A stretch of DNA of 64,000 bases from IMG/VR virus record IMGVR_UViG_3300033121_000578, positions 7,845 to 71,844 of that record. One strand, 5' to 3'. The position numbers and the translations under genes were made by a program. Source of the stretch: a virus. This document shows positions 16,158 to 26,880 of this stretch, piece after piece. The notes under the pieces are model-generated. The model was not told where the DNA came from. It saw nothing but the letters and a program-made list of their open reading frames with translations, and made no database searches. Each line of letters starts with the position of its first letter. The stretch's first letter is position 1.

Positions 16158-17925
16158 AGTTAAATTCATAGAAGATACACACCAGTATTTGACAGAAGAT
16201 GGAAGAGAGTTAATCTCAGTGTCAGCATTTACAGAAAGATTTAAACCAAAAGTTGATTGGAAAGCAGTTGCCAAAAAGGTAGCAGCAAAAAAGACAAAAG
16301 CCGGAGAACCAACTACCACCGAGGAAATCCTTAAGAAGTGGGAGGAGAAGAGGGATTTATCTGCCAAAATAGGAACAATTTTTCACTCTATTAAGGAAGA
16401 AGAGTTGTTGGGGCAGGAAAATCCCATCTTTTATAATACACCATGTTCTACTAAGGAGTGCCTCTATACAGGAACAGACAAGTGGTCAATTCCCATTAAT
16501 AAGCTGGAGAATAATACCGTATATCCAGAATTAATGATATATGACATAGAGCATATGATTTGTGGACAATCAGATAAAGTAATTGTTGCCAACAATAAAA
16601 TAAATATCTGGGACTATAAAGGTTTGGCTCTTGATACAATAATACCTACAGAGACAGGATTTAAACTAATGGCTGATATTCAGGTTGGTGATAGGATTTT
16701 TGACGGAGAAGGTATATTAACATCAGTCAAGCATATTTCTGAAATACATTATAATCCATGTTACAGGGTATTTTTTGATACAGGTGATAGTATAGTATGT
16801 GACCATGAACATAAATGGGAGATTTCACACAGACTCTCAAAAGGTAAATATAAAGATTTAGAGAAAAGAACTGATGAATTATTCTCATATTTTGGTAAAG
16901 GTAAACCTATAAGAATAAAATGCAACCCTTTGGTTTTACCTAAAATTGAACTTCCTATAGACCCTTATATTTTAGGAGTGTGGTTAGGAGATGGTAACTC
17001 ACATGCTGGTAGAATTACAAATATGAATCCGAATTTATGGATAGAAATAGAGAAAAGAGGATATACTCTTGGGAAAGATATTTCAGGAGGTAGTTCTGGC
17101 AAAGCTCAGGATAAAACAATATTTGGATTAGAAACTCAATTAACAAAACTTGGATTACTTAAAAATAAACATATTCCTGATATATATCTTAGAGGGTCTT
17201 ATGAACAAAGATTAGATTTACTTCGTGGTCTTATGGATACAGATGGTAGTTGGAATAAAAAGAGAAAAAGATGTGTGATGGTTACAACAAAAGAATGGCA
17301 AGCTAATGGAATATCTGAAATAGTTTCGTCTCTTGGTTGGAAACCAACTATTATTAAAGCCAAAACATCAGGTTTTGGTAAAGATAATATATCTTGTTTT
17401 CATGTTAATTTTGATGCTAAGGAAAATCCATTTCTAACAAAGAATGAAGATTATAAACCTAATAATAAGGAGAAATCTAATTATAGATATATAAAAGAAA
17501 TAAGGAAGATAGATAGTATACCGACAAAATGTATATCTGTAGATAGTCCTGCTCATACATATCTTGTCACCAGAAATTACATAAAAACTCATAATACTGA
17601 CGCAGAGATAAAGTTTAAGGCTTTTTCTAGTCAGTGGGTAAAACCACAGAAGCTACTTGGACCATTGGCACACCTAGATGACTGTAATGCTAATATCTAT
17701 TCTATTAAGATGTCATTGTACATGTATCTTTTATGGAGAGCAAACAGGGGAACACTTAGGACGGGTGATATTATGATTGAGCATGTACATCTTGAGAGAG
17801 ATGAAGATGGACTTCCGATTCTTGAAGATGGCAAACCAATTGTAAAAAAGATTGAGCAAATCCAATTACCCTATCGAAAGAAGGAAGTTATGGATATGCT
17901 AGCAACCCTAAAAGTAAAAGCATGA
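16150..17925 (+). CDS. PD-(D/E)XK (RecB/Cas4/YqaJ-like) nuclease interrupted by an intein-like Hint plus LAGLIDADG homing-endonuclease insertion
   Basis: extein GQSDKV...IWDYKG|...|TDAEIKF gives D...DYK nuclease motifs. The insertion (about residues 158-482, nt ~16621-17595) starts with LALDTIIPTETG...VGDRIF (block A-like), has two LAGLIDADG motifs (ILGVWLGDGNSHA, LLRGLMDTDGSW) and ends with YLVTRNYIKTHN|T (block G HN plus Thr +1). Confidence 0.8.
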   Translation: MSKVKFIEDTHQYLTEDGRELISVSAFTERFKPKVDWKAVAKKVAAKKTKAGEPTTTEEILKKWEEKRDLSAKIGTIFHSIKEEELLGQENPIFYNTPCSTKECLYTGTDKWSIPINKLENNTVYPELMIYDIEHMICGQSDKVIVANNKINIWDYKGLALDTIIPTETGFKLMADIQVGDRIFDGEGILTSVKHISEIHYNPCYRVFFDTGDSIVCDHEHKWEISHRLSKGKYKDLEKRTDELFSYFGKGKPIRIKCNPLVLPKIELPIDPYILGVWLGDGNSHAGRITNMNPNLWIEIEKRGYTLGKDISGGSSGKAQDKTIFGLETQLTKLGLLKNKHIPDIYLRGSYEQRLDLLRGLMDTDGSWNKKRKRCVMVTTKEWQANGISEIVSSLGWKPTIIKAKTSGFGKDNISCFHVNFDAKENPFLTKNEDYKPNNKEKSNYRYIKEIRKIDSIPTKCISVDSPAHTYLVTRNYIKTHNTDAEIKFKAFSSQWVKPQKLLGPLAHLDDCNANIYSIKMSLYMYLLWRANRGTLRTGDIMIEHVHLERDEDGLPILEDGKPIVKKIEQIQLPYRKKEVMDMLATLKVKA

Positions 17926-18182
17926 GTACTATTGTTTTTGTAAGTCAGGACGTTCCAGATAAGAAGCTTCAGAGAGAAACTAAATATAAGTATGTTCCTG
18001 ACAAAGAAATGAGGTCCAAAGTAATAGATGATTTAAAAAAGAACGCAAAAGTCGATATTCCATACGATATGATAGTGGAATTTGACTTCAGAATTTCTCT
18101 TAAAGAGTACGATTTCACTTATAAACCAACAGATAAAAACAAATGCTACCAAGAATACTCGAATACGAAGACGGCAGAGTAA
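17922..18182 (+). CDS. hypothetical protein (86 aa)
   Basis: ORF. Confidence 0.5.
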   Translation: MSTIVFVSQDVPDKKLQRETKYKYVPDKEMRSKVIDDLKKNAKVDIPYDMIVEFDFRISLKEYDFTYKPTDKNKCYQEYSNTKTAE

Positions 18183-18655
18183 AGGTTACACCGGAAGCAT
18201 ATACGATTCCTGAGATAAAAAGGATTCTAGATAAGCATGATGATATGGCTGAACCATACTTAGCGTATGTATCAGCATTAAGTTATCCTGATTCACCATA
18301 TAAAAATATCCCAAAAGAGGAGAGAGCAGAAGCTGCCCTATTTGATATAAAGGATACAATGGGTGATTTTGACGAGGAAGATGAATTGATAGCTCCTGCA
18401 ATAGAAAGACTAAAGTCTTTATGGGAATCTCCACAAACACTTCTGGCAGATGAAATGGAGGAGGAGTTACATAGATGGAGAAAGTACCTAAAGGATACAC
18501 CTCTGATAGGTGGAATGGATGGGAATATGAAGGACCGTCTCGCCTTTATAGACAAAGTAGAAAAGATATCTGCGGCTGCTGCTAATATTAGAAAGATTGC
18601 AGATGATGAGATAAGTCCTAAAATGAAGGGCGGAAATGAATTAGGAGAATACTAA
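18143..18655 (+). CDS. hypothetical acidic protein (170 aa), possibly small terminase by position
   Basis: lies immediately upstream of the putative large terminase; no motif support. Confidence 0.5.
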   Translation: MLPRILEYEDGRVKVTPEAYTIPEIKRILDKHDDMAEPYLAYVSALSYPDSPYKNIPKEERAEAALFDIKDTMGDFDEEDELIAPAIERLKSLWESPQTLLADEMEEELHRWRKYLKDTPLIGGMDGNMKDRLAFIDKVEKISAAAANIRKIADDEISPKMKGGNELGEY

Positions 18656-18658
18656 TAA

Positions 18659-20941
18659 ATGTTTTGGCAATATCCATTAAAAATACAAAGATACGACTCG
18701 GAGAACCAACAATGGGGTCACGTAGAATTTGCAGACCATGCAGAGTTTGTTGCATTTGTTAAAGACCAATTTAAGGAGTCACCTGACAAATATAAACTCA
18801 GAAATGTTAAGAACTTCCAAATGGAGGGACTTAAGTATGCAGAGGAAGCAAAGAAGAGTGGAAAACCCAACTTTGAGGGAGGTGTGTATACCAAAGCTAT
18901 AAAGGGAACACACGCTTGGAAGAAATACTGGAGAAACGAGAAAGATAAAGTACTAAATGGAGTTATAATAGATGACTGGTATCTACCTCCCTTCTATTAC
19001 TGGTACTTGAACTTCTGTCCAATATATGTGGACATAGAGAAGAAGAAAAGACTTCCCAGTGTTTGGGACGGAGACCTGTGGTATATGCATTATGTAATGC
19101 TTGCTTTATTAACAGGTAAACACGTTGGGGGAGTAAAGGGTAGACAGAAAGGTTACTCATACAAGCATATGGCCATCTTATATTGGTGCTACTGCTGGTT
19201 TGAGAACAGTGTAAATACTGTAGGAGCCTTTGCTGAGGATTTGGTAAAGAAGAGCTGGAGATTCTTAGAGGGATATAGGAAGCATATCAATTCTAATACA
19301 GCTTGGAAGAGAGGTCCAACTCTCCCCAAATCTCTTGAGTGGCATGAGGTAACAGTTGGTAAGGATAATAATCCATATGGTTTATCCTCTAAGCTGGCAG
19401 GTGTTACCTTCAAGCAGTCACCCTCAAATGACGTAGGTGGTGCCCAGACATTCTTCAACTACGAAGAACCGGGTGTAGCTCCTACTCTTTTAGAGACGAT
19501 AGAATTTATTCGTCCTGCCTTGGAGAAAGGTTCTGAGACTACAGGTACTATTATAGCCTGTGGTTCAGTTGGTGAACTGGAGGATGCAGAGGGATTGAAG
19601 GCAATCTTCTACAACCCAGAAGACTATAACTTCCTAGGTGTTAAGAATATCTGGGATAAGGTTATAACACCAGAAAATGAGACATGTTGTATCTTCATAT
19701 CTGAGGCATATAACATGCTTGGTAAGGATGATGTAACTAGTAAACCATTCATGGATGAAAATGGTAACTCAGATGTAGAGTTGGCTATGGAGTGGATAGC
19801 TCGTCAGGAGGAAAAGATTCGTTCCTCTACGAAGAAAGCTGAATTAAAACAGCTACAGTTATCCCAGAAGTGTACATCTCCTCAACAGGCATTTGACCAG
19901 AGAACATTATCAGAATTCCCAATCCAGCTACTGAAGAAGCAGCAGGAGAGAATTAAGCTAAAGGAACAAACCAATAGTTGGGAATTCAAACCTCAAAAGG
20001 GATTATTCGAGGAAACAGATGGTAAGGTAGTTCTTAATACAAGAAATCTTCCACCAGAACACGGATATCCTGTTAACCCTGAATGGGAAGATAAAAGAGG
20101 TGTTTGGACTCTATATGAGTTACCAGACGAAAACGCAGAGTTCTTTACATATTTTGCATGTGTGGATGCTATCGAAGTTGATGATACATCTACCTCTTCA
20201 TCTATAGCTTCTGTTGATATCTTTAAGACGGCTGTAGAAGTCAGTTATAAAGATAAAGATGGTAAGATAAAGACAAGAATAGAGGGAGATAAGTTAGTAG
20301 CAACGTATAGAGGTCGTTTCAAAACAGCAAAGGAAACAAATCATCAGATTTGGTTAGGACTAAAATTATATAATGCCTTTACCTACGCTGAACGAAATAA
20401 GCCAAACTTTATCAATTATATGAGAGAAATTGGTAAAGCTGAGAAGTATCTGGCAAAAGAGAGTGATGTTCCTATGTTTAAGGACCTCAACATAAAGTCA
20501 GGTAATGTTGCTAATAACTCTAAATTCGGATTCCATAAAGGTGATAATACTGAGATATGGAAATACTTTAAGGCATATGCAAAAGAGTACTTCCATACAG
20601 AATTTGGAAGGAGTACCTTTACAAAGAACGGACAAGAAGAGGTTCTAAAGATATTCACAGGCATAGATAGAATAGATGACTACTGGCTCCTTGAGGAATT
20701 TATAAGATATGTAGAGGTTAAGGGAAGAGCTAAAGGAAACTATGACCGTCTTGTATCATTTATGGGAGCACTCTTCATATGTAAAATATATCAACAAAAC
20801 AGGTTTATAAAAAGAAAATCTGAAGTAGTTGATGAACAACCAAAACAACAATATAAACAACCAAGAAGAACAAATATGCTTGGAGGAGGTTTTAAAACCT
20901 TCGTCTCCAACAAGCCTAGAAAACCCTTCTCAATGCTTTAA
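18659..20941 (+). CDS. probable terminase large subunit
   Basis: 760 aa immediately before the portal-like gene; P-loop-like GVKGRQKGYS (compare T4 gp17 SRQLGKT); C-terminal Asp-rich segment ACVDAIEVDDTS...SVDIFK resembles a terminase nuclease motif. Confidence 0.55.
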   Translation: MFWQYPLKIQRYDSENQQWGHVEFADHAEFVAFVKDQFKESPDKYKLRNVKNFQMEGLKYAEEAKKSGKPNFEGGVYTKAIKGTHAWKKYWRNEKDKVLNGVIIDDWYLPPFYYWYLNFCPIYVDIEKKKRLPSVWDGDLWYMHYVMLALLTGKHVGGVKGRQKGYSYKHMAILYWCYCWFENSVNTVGAFAEDLVKKSWRFLEGYRKHINSNTAWKRGPTLPKSLEWHEVTVGKDNNPYGLSSKLAGVTFKQSPSNDVGGAQTFFNYEEPGVAPTLLETIEFIRPALEKGSETTGTIIACGSVGELEDAEGLKAIFYNPEDYNFLGVKNIWDKVITPENETCCIFISEAYNMLGKDDVTSKPFMDENGNSDVELAMEWIARQEEKIRSSTKKAELKQLQLSQKCTSPQQAFDQRTLSEFPIQLLKKQQERIKLKEQTNSWEFKPQKGLFEETDGKVVLNTRNLPPEHGYPVNPEWEDKRGVWTLYELPDENAEFFTYFACVDAIEVDDTSTSSSIASVDIFKTAVEVSYKDKDGKIKTRIEGDKLVATYRGRFKTAKETNHQIWLGLKLYNAFTYAERNKPNFINYMREIGKAEKYLAKESDVPMFKDLNIKSGNVANNSKFGFHKGDNTEIWKYFKAYAKEYFHTEFGRSTFTKNGQEEVLKIFTGIDRIDDYWLLEEFIRYVEVKGRAKGNYDRLVSFMGALFICKIYQQNRFIKRKSEVVDEQPKQQYKQPRRTNMLGGGFKTFVSNKPRKPFSML

Positions 20942-20943
20942 AT

Positions 20944-23739
20944 ATGGCACAAAAATTAATCTGGGGGTCAGACCTCTATAAAGGCTTTAAGTTAGATAAG
21001 AATACTCTTCTAAACGGAGCTATCGACGACATTCTTCCATTTCAGATGCTCACTCTTGAGCAGAAGACAGAGGATTGGATAAAGGCTGTTGCAGACTATT
21101 ACGAAACTGCAGGATGGAATAATGTTGAGAGAAAGGCTGGTAAAATCCAGCGTAACTATTGGATGAGATATGGTAAGCTAAACCCATCTGATTATATCAT
21201 TAATCCTACTGCTAACGAGTACTATCAGGCAGTTGGTTGGGTAATGCCACCAGAATCACAGTCCCCTCTTGAGCAATTCTATCCACTTGCTCCAAACTTT
21301 GTAGATATCCTAAGAGGAGAATTTATAAAGAGAAATAATAGCTGGACTGTTGAGGCAGTTGACCCACAATCTACAGCTGAAGTATTTAACTTCAAGAAGC
21401 AGCAATTTGAGGAAGTTATAATGGCACAGGCTGCTATGGAGAAGCAAATGGCACTGGCTGAGATGGGAATTACTGAAGAAGTAAATCCTGAAGAATTCCA
21501 AGCACAGATGATGGAGGCTATGAATCGTCTCAAGACAATTGAGATGGAGAGTAGAAATTTCCGTACAACTGGTGTAAAGTGGGCAGAGAAGGTACTAAAG
21601 ATACAAGAAAATAGATATAACCTATACGAAATAGAACCAGATGCGTTTGAGAGCGGACTGATATGTGATAGAGAATTCTGGCATTTAGATTTAATGGATG
21701 ATGATTTTCGTGTAGAATTACTTAATCCTAAATGGTGTGACTACCACAAAGGTCCAAATATAAAGTATGTCAGTGATGGAGATTATTTTCTATGGTTTGA
21801 TTTCATGTCTGCTGGGGATATTGTTAATAAATTTGGCAGAAGAATGAAGGAAGAGGATATCCTGAAGCTGAAGGATATTTATGTTAAAACACAAAACATC
21901 ATTGTTCCTGACTACCTTAAGAGTCGTCAGGGTGAATACTATGATTTATCCAAGCCTTGGTTAGCAGCAACCGAGCTAGACCCTAAAATGAACGATGCCC
22001 TATTGGGTAAGGAGTTGGCATATAACTTTATGCGTTCTCCAAACTTTGACCATAATATGGAGGTAGATATCCTCAATCCTGTATGGGGAAGAAGGGTTAC
22101 TGGTCATCCGCAGATGTTCCGTGTAATGCGTCTATATTGGAGGTCACTTAAAAGAATAGGCTGGTTAACTAAAATAAATAAGGATGGAACAATAGAACAA
22201 CCAGACTGGGTAGATGAGAACTATAAAGTTACCATGGAGCCCGTATATGATAAGTCTGTTGTTAAGGAAGAAACGAAAGACAATCTTTTATATGGTGAGC
22301 ACATAGACTGGACATGGGTTCCAGAATGGAGACATGTAATGAAGATTTCTCCTAACCAGAAACATACCTTCTGGTTACAGGATAGGAATTCCCTACAATC
22401 TATCTATATAGATGGTGGTCCAGTTCGTTTCCAGTTTAAGGGAAGAAATAATCCATTTGATAGCTTACCTCCTGTAGAGGGATGTGAGTACTCCTATTTA
22501 AATACAGATACGCACTCATTTATTGATAGAGTTAAACCTCTGCAGATTATCTACAATATCTGTATGAATAAGGTTCCCAAGAAGTTCCTTAAAGATTATG
22601 GTAATAAGATTGCTATAGATAGACGTATAGCATCCCCAAATAATCTATCAAATAATATGTCATCCATCGACCCAATGGATGCATATGAGGAATCACTAAG
22701 AGAATCTGATATTCTTGCATATAATGTATCCAGAGATGCGTTAGAGGGTGCTGGACAACCTGCTCTTCCTCAAGTTTTACAGTTATCTACAGTCCAAGAG
22801 GCTCAATTATACTTCAGATTAGGTCAGGAGATTAAGTGGGAAGCTGGTGAATTAATTGGTATTACTCGTCAAAGATTGGGTCAGAATAAGGCATCTGAGA
22901 CAGCTACAGGTATTAATCAGGCTATTGAGTATTCTGAATCTCAGACAGAGAAGTATTTTGACCAGCATGCTAACTTGATGCAGAGAGTAAGACAGAGAAT
23001 GCTGGATGCTGCTCAGTATTACACAACATTCCAAGAATCTTCCCGTGCTGTATATATGAACGAGAGAGATGAGAATGTATTTCTTGAGATAGAGGGAATG
23101 GAGAATTTACTTCCTCACTATAATATCAACCTAAAGAGTAAGGCAAACGTAAGAGCTGCCCTACAAACTATTGCTCAGTTCCTACAGAACAACAATACTC
23201 TAGATATCAAATCTTCCGCACAGATAACTGCACTAGTAGAACAATCTGTTCCAAAGCTGCTTAACTTAATCCGTCAGGGTGAACTGGAGGCAGAGGAAAG
23301 AGAGAAGGCACAAATGGAGCATGAACAAGCTCTACAACAACAACAGATTGCTGCTAATCAAGAAATGGAAGCTGCTAAATTGGAGTTTGAGGCTGCACAA
23401 AATGATGCTGATAGACAAACTCAGGTTGATGTTGCGTATATCAGAGCACTTGGTGGATTACAATCTGATAACAATGCCAACGCTATTCCAGATGCTCAGG
23501 AGAACCTAAAGAGTCAGATAATGGCCCAAGAAGTAGAGAATAACAGAAAGCTTGGAGAGGATATTCTTAATCAGAAACGTCAGGCAGATAGAGATAAGCT
23601 ATTGGTACAAAGAGAGAAGAATCTGGTTGAGTTACAAAAAGCTAAAATTCAAGCAGATGCAGCTCTGGCTGTAGCAAAAGAGAATAAGACTGCAGCCGAA
23701 TTAAAGAAAAAGGCAGCAGCTAAAAAGAAGAAAAAATAA
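20944..23739 (+). CDS. probable portal protein
   Basis: 931 aa following TerL; long C-terminal coiled coil plus a Lys-rich KKKAAAKKKKK tail; canonical TerL-portal-scaffold-MCP order. Confidence 0.55.
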   Translation: MAQKLIWGSDLYKGFKLDKNTLLNGAIDDILPFQMLTLEQKTEDWIKAVADYYETAGWNNVERKAGKIQRNYWMRYGKLNPSDYIINPTANEYYQAVGWVMPPESQSPLEQFYPLAPNFVDILRGEFIKRNNSWTVEAVDPQSTAEVFNFKKQQFEEVIMAQAAMEKQMALAEMGITEEVNPEEFQAQMMEAMNRLKTIEMESRNFRTTGVKWAEKVLKIQENRYNLYEIEPDAFESGLICDREFWHLDLMDDDFRVELLNPKWCDYHKGPNIKYVSDGDYFLWFDFMSAGDIVNKFGRRMKEEDILKLKDIYVKTQNIIVPDYLKSRQGEYYDLSKPWLAATELDPKMNDALLGKELAYNFMRSPNFDHNMEVDILNPVWGRRVTGHPQMFRVMRLYWRSLKRIGWLTKINKDGTIEQPDWVDENYKVTMEPVYDKSVVKEETKDNLLYGEHIDWTWVPEWRHVMKISPNQKHTFWLQDRNSLQSIYIDGGPVRFQFKGRNNPFDSLPPVEGCEYSYLNTDTHSFIDRVKPLQIIYNICMNKVPKKFLKDYGNKIAIDRRIASPNNLSNNMSSIDPMDAYEESLRESDILAYNVSRDALEGAGQPALPQVLQLSTVQEAQLYFRLGQEIKWEAGELIGITRQRLGQNKASETATGINQAIEYSESQTEKYFDQHANLMQRVRQRMLDAAQYYTTFQESSRAVYMNERDENVFLEIEGMENLLPHYNINLKSKANVRAALQTIAQFLQNNNTLDIKSSAQITALVEQSVPKLLNLIRQGELEAEEREKAQMEHEQALQQQQIAANQEMEAAKLEFEAAQNDADRQTQVDVAYIRALGGLQSDNNANAIPDAQENLKSQIMAQEVENNRKLGEDILNQKRQADRDKLLVQREKNLVELQKAKIQADAALAVAKENKTAAELKKKAAAKKKKK

Positions 23740-23844
23740 AATTAGTCAGATATTAGCTAGTTACATTTAGCTATATTGACAATTATTTGGAAAATTAACT
23801 TAAAATGTTTATTATCAATTTATAGAAGTCTAAAAACCAACAAC

Positions 23845-25044
23845 ATGGACACAAACGTACAAAGCGTAGACCAGAATATGCTGGTCGATATGTTCCCAGA
23901 ACTAGGAAATACCAATGTTCAAAATCAAGTAAAACCCGGATTTGGGATGCATGTTCAGGATGTAGATATCCTAAAAACACCACAATCATCTACTACAGAG
24001 GAAACTACACAAACTCCTGATAATCAGGACGATAAGAAGGATGACAAAGTTGACGATAAAGTTGACGACAAATCTGAAGTAGATATTCTGGGAGAAAATA
24101 AAGCTCCTGCAACAACTGAGATAAAAGACCTCACATCCTACTTTGAGGATAGAGTAAAGTCTGGAAAATTTGTAGCAGTAGAGGAAGAGGACGAAAAGGG
24201 AAATAAAACACTCTTTATTCCAAAAACAGCAGAAGAATACGATGAAGTACTTGAACTGCAGATTAACTACAGACTAGAGCAAGCCAAGAAGGATTTAGAA
24301 AAATCTTGGTACGAGAGTAAGTCTCCAGCTTGGAAGGTAGTTAGCCAATATGCAGAACTGGTAGATGACCCATCTCAGTTGATTCCATTTATACAGGGTG
24401 TTCAGACAATCCAGTCTGTAGCTAATATAGATGAGAACGAGATAGACGGAGCAGAACAAATAGTTAGAGCACGTCTTGCACAGAGAGGAGACCCAGATGA
24501 GGTAATTGACCAGCAGATTGAGGCTCTTAAAACAACAGATAAGCTGGTATCTACAGCTAAGCAATACAAGCCAATCATCATGCAGCAGGAGCAGCAGTTC
24601 CTTGCAAGACAGATGGCTGAAAAACAAGAAGAAGATAAGAGATATATGCAGATGGTCTCTGAGTTAAGAGAGGCTGCTATACAGGAACTTGAGAAGCCTA
24701 TATTTGGAAAGACCAAATTAAAGCAAGAAGAAAAGGCAGTAATCTATGATTTGATAGGTGAACCTTCTCAGGATACTCAAGGATACGCAATATACTCTGC
24801 AATAGATGGATTGTTTGAGAAGAAAGACTTCAAAACCCTGAAAGAGATTGCACTACTTCTCTCAAAAAGTGATTCCTTCTATAATTATCTTGGTGCAAAT
24901 GTAGCTAATCAAACAGCTGCATCTCTTGAGAAAAAACTAAGAATAGCTGGAGAATCAAGAACAACTTCTGGAAAGGATTACGATGAAGAAAATCGACCAA
25001 TTCAGAGAAATCAATACAAAACAAAACCTACATTCGGTAGGTAA
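23845..25044 (+). CDS. probable scaffolding protein (acidic, coiled-coil)
   Basis: D/E/K-rich (DDKKDDKVDDKVDDKSEVD) and helical; between portal and capsid; likely ATG at 23845 (the listed ORF starts at 23776). Confidence 0.45.
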   Translation: MDTNVQSVDQNMLVDMFPELGNTNVQNQVKPGFGMHVQDVDILKTPQSSTTEETTQTPDNQDDKKDDKVDDKVDDKSEVDILGENKAPATTEIKDLTSYFEDRVKSGKFVAVEEEDEKGNKTLFIPKTAEEYDEVLELQINYRLEQAKKDLEKSWYESKSPAWKVVSQYAELVDDPSQLIPFIQGVQTIQSVANIDENEIDGAEQIVRARLAQRGDPDEVIDQQIEALKTTDKLVSTAKQYKPIIMQQEQQFLARQMAEKQEEDKRYMQMVSELREAAIQELEKPIFGKTKLKQEEKAVIYDLIGEPSQDTQGYAIYSAIDGLFEKKDFKTLKEIALLLSKSDSFYNYLGANVANQTAASLEKKLRIAGESRTTSGKDYDEENRPIQRNQYKTKPTFGR

Positions 25045-25071
25045 AAATAAAATAAAATTAAATTTACACAT

Positions 25072-26775
25072 ATGTTTATCCCCGGAACAGATAACAGACA
25101 AGGATTAGGGACCTTAGGTCACCCCGGTATATTTATCGGCCAATCCCGCTCATTGGGTATCAAAAATCATATTGATATCCCTTACGTAACAGCTCTTGCT
25201 CCAGAAAAGCCACTAGATTTTGGTGTACTGGACCTATGGGCTCTTAGACAGAGAACTGATTCTCCATTACTAACCCTTGCTATAGATAACGCCCAAGTTA
25301 TTTATACAGATGCTGACTACTACACATTTGAGTTACCATCTGCTGCAGATTCGACAATGCGTCTTATTTCTGCCGGATTGGATAAGGACAAGCAAGGTAT
25401 GGACGATGAAGAAATTCCTTTTGTAGTATCCTGCAGAGGTTTGGCTCCCGGCTCTATCTTCAAGTTTGACCTGACTTCCCGTATCTCATTTACCGTAGTT
25501 GACCGTCCTATCGAGCAACTTGGTGAGCACTACAAGGTATGGGCAGTTCTTAACACTAACTCTCAAGTTAAGTGGGTTACTAAAGCAGAATTCCAACCTC
25601 AGCGTCAGATTATAAAGCTGGCCGACATCAGAGGTCTTGATTTCTCCTCAAACAAATCAACTTGGTCAATCAGTGGAGTTCCTTCACTTGCTAAGTATAA
25701 GAACTATCTGTCAAATGTAATGCTTCAGCAGTCTTACCGTGTTACTTCTGGTGCTGTAGAGTATCTGAATACACACACTCGTATTGACGCTAGACAAATC
25801 CAAATGATGGAACAAACTGTTCTTCAGTTCTATCAAGTTAAAGGTATTGCTGACAACAAGGTTATCGACCTTAGAAATCCTGAGAGCTATAAGATGTATT
25901 TCGAAAGACTTATGGAAGAAAAGGCCAAAGGTAACGGTGAAGCAGCTATGGTTAACCTTCTTGATAGTGTTGCCATCAACATGATGCAGAAGCAGAACAA
26001 TGACCTGATGATTTGGAGTGACCAAATCGATATCCTGAGAGATGGTTATGACACTCAGCGTCTTGTTCCCGGTGTATGGTTCCAGCTTGATTTGGCAGGT
26101 TATAAGCACAGCTACTCAATTGATACCTTTACTCTGGATACTCTTACCGATGCCATTAAGGACTTCGAGTTCGGTAAAGTACCTCTGAGAGAGTCTATCT
26201 CTGACAATATGTATGTAATCCGTACAGGTCGTGGTGGTAGTGAGCTTATCTACAAAGCCTTTATGAAGAGTGGATTCCAAATCCCTGCACAACTTCAGAA
26301 CGCAGAATTCGGATTCATTACTGGTTCTAACGCAGCTAACCTTACTTACAATGCAGCACGCTTTGTTAAGTATCAGATTCCTAACATTGGTTATCTGTCG
26401 GTTGAGTGGGAACCCGGTTTTGACCCAGTGAAGGCTGACGAGTTTGTTAACCCAATTCTTCCCGGTGGTTATCGTCTTTCTTCTTACACAATGTTGATTG
26501 AAGATTACAACACTTCTCGTGATAACATCGCAATCATCCGTAAGAATGGCCATAAGATGAGAATGATTGTGGAAGCTGGTGACCAAACACACCCACTTCT
26601 CCGTTCTACTACAAACGTGAATGGTATGAATATCTCTGTTTCTCAGGCTTCTGATGAACTGAGTGGATATCAGGTTAAGTTTGTGAGCAAGGCTGACACA
26701 GCAATTGTAAAAGACCCAACTAAGTTGCTGAAACTTGTTCCAAAGAACCCACGTACAGGAATTGCTGCATTGTAA
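25072..26775 (+). CDS. probable major capsid protein
   Basis: 567-aa ORF after the scaffold-like gene; stem-loop 26790-26810 downstream. Confidence 0.5.
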   Translation: MFIPGTDNRQGLGTLGHPGIFIGQSRSLGIKNHIDIPYVTALAPEKPLDFGVLDLWALRQRTDSPLLTLAIDNAQVIYTDADYYTFELPSAADSTMRLISAGLDKDKQGMDDEEIPFVVSCRGLAPGSIFKFDLTSRISFTVVDRPIEQLGEHYKVWAVLNTNSQVKWVTKAEFQPQRQIIKLADIRGLDFSSNKSTWSISGVPSLAKYKNYLSNVMLQQSYRVTSGAVEYLNTHTRIDARQIQMMEQTVLQFYQVKGIADNKVIDLRNPESYKMYFERLMEEKAKGNGEAAMVNLLDSVAINMMQKQNNDLMIWSDQIDILRDGYDTQRLVPGVWFQLDLAGYKHSYSIDTFTLDTLTDAIKDFEFGKVPLRESISDNMYVIRTGRGGSELIYKAFMKSGFQIPAQLQNAEFGFITGSNAANLTYNAARFVKYQIPNIGYLSVEWEPGFDPVKADEFVNPILPGGYRLSSYTMLIEDYNTSRDNIAIIRKNGHKMRMIVEAGDQTHPLLRSTTNVNGMNISVSQASDELSGYQVKFVSKADTAIVKDPTKLLKLVPKNPRTGIAAL

Positions 26776-26880
26776 TTCTTAAAATAAATGAGGGTCCCGT
26801 AAGACCCTCTGGCACCAAGAAGAAGCCTCCACGATGGCGGTGCTGGATATCCAACCAATTCTTCATTAAAACCAACATAT

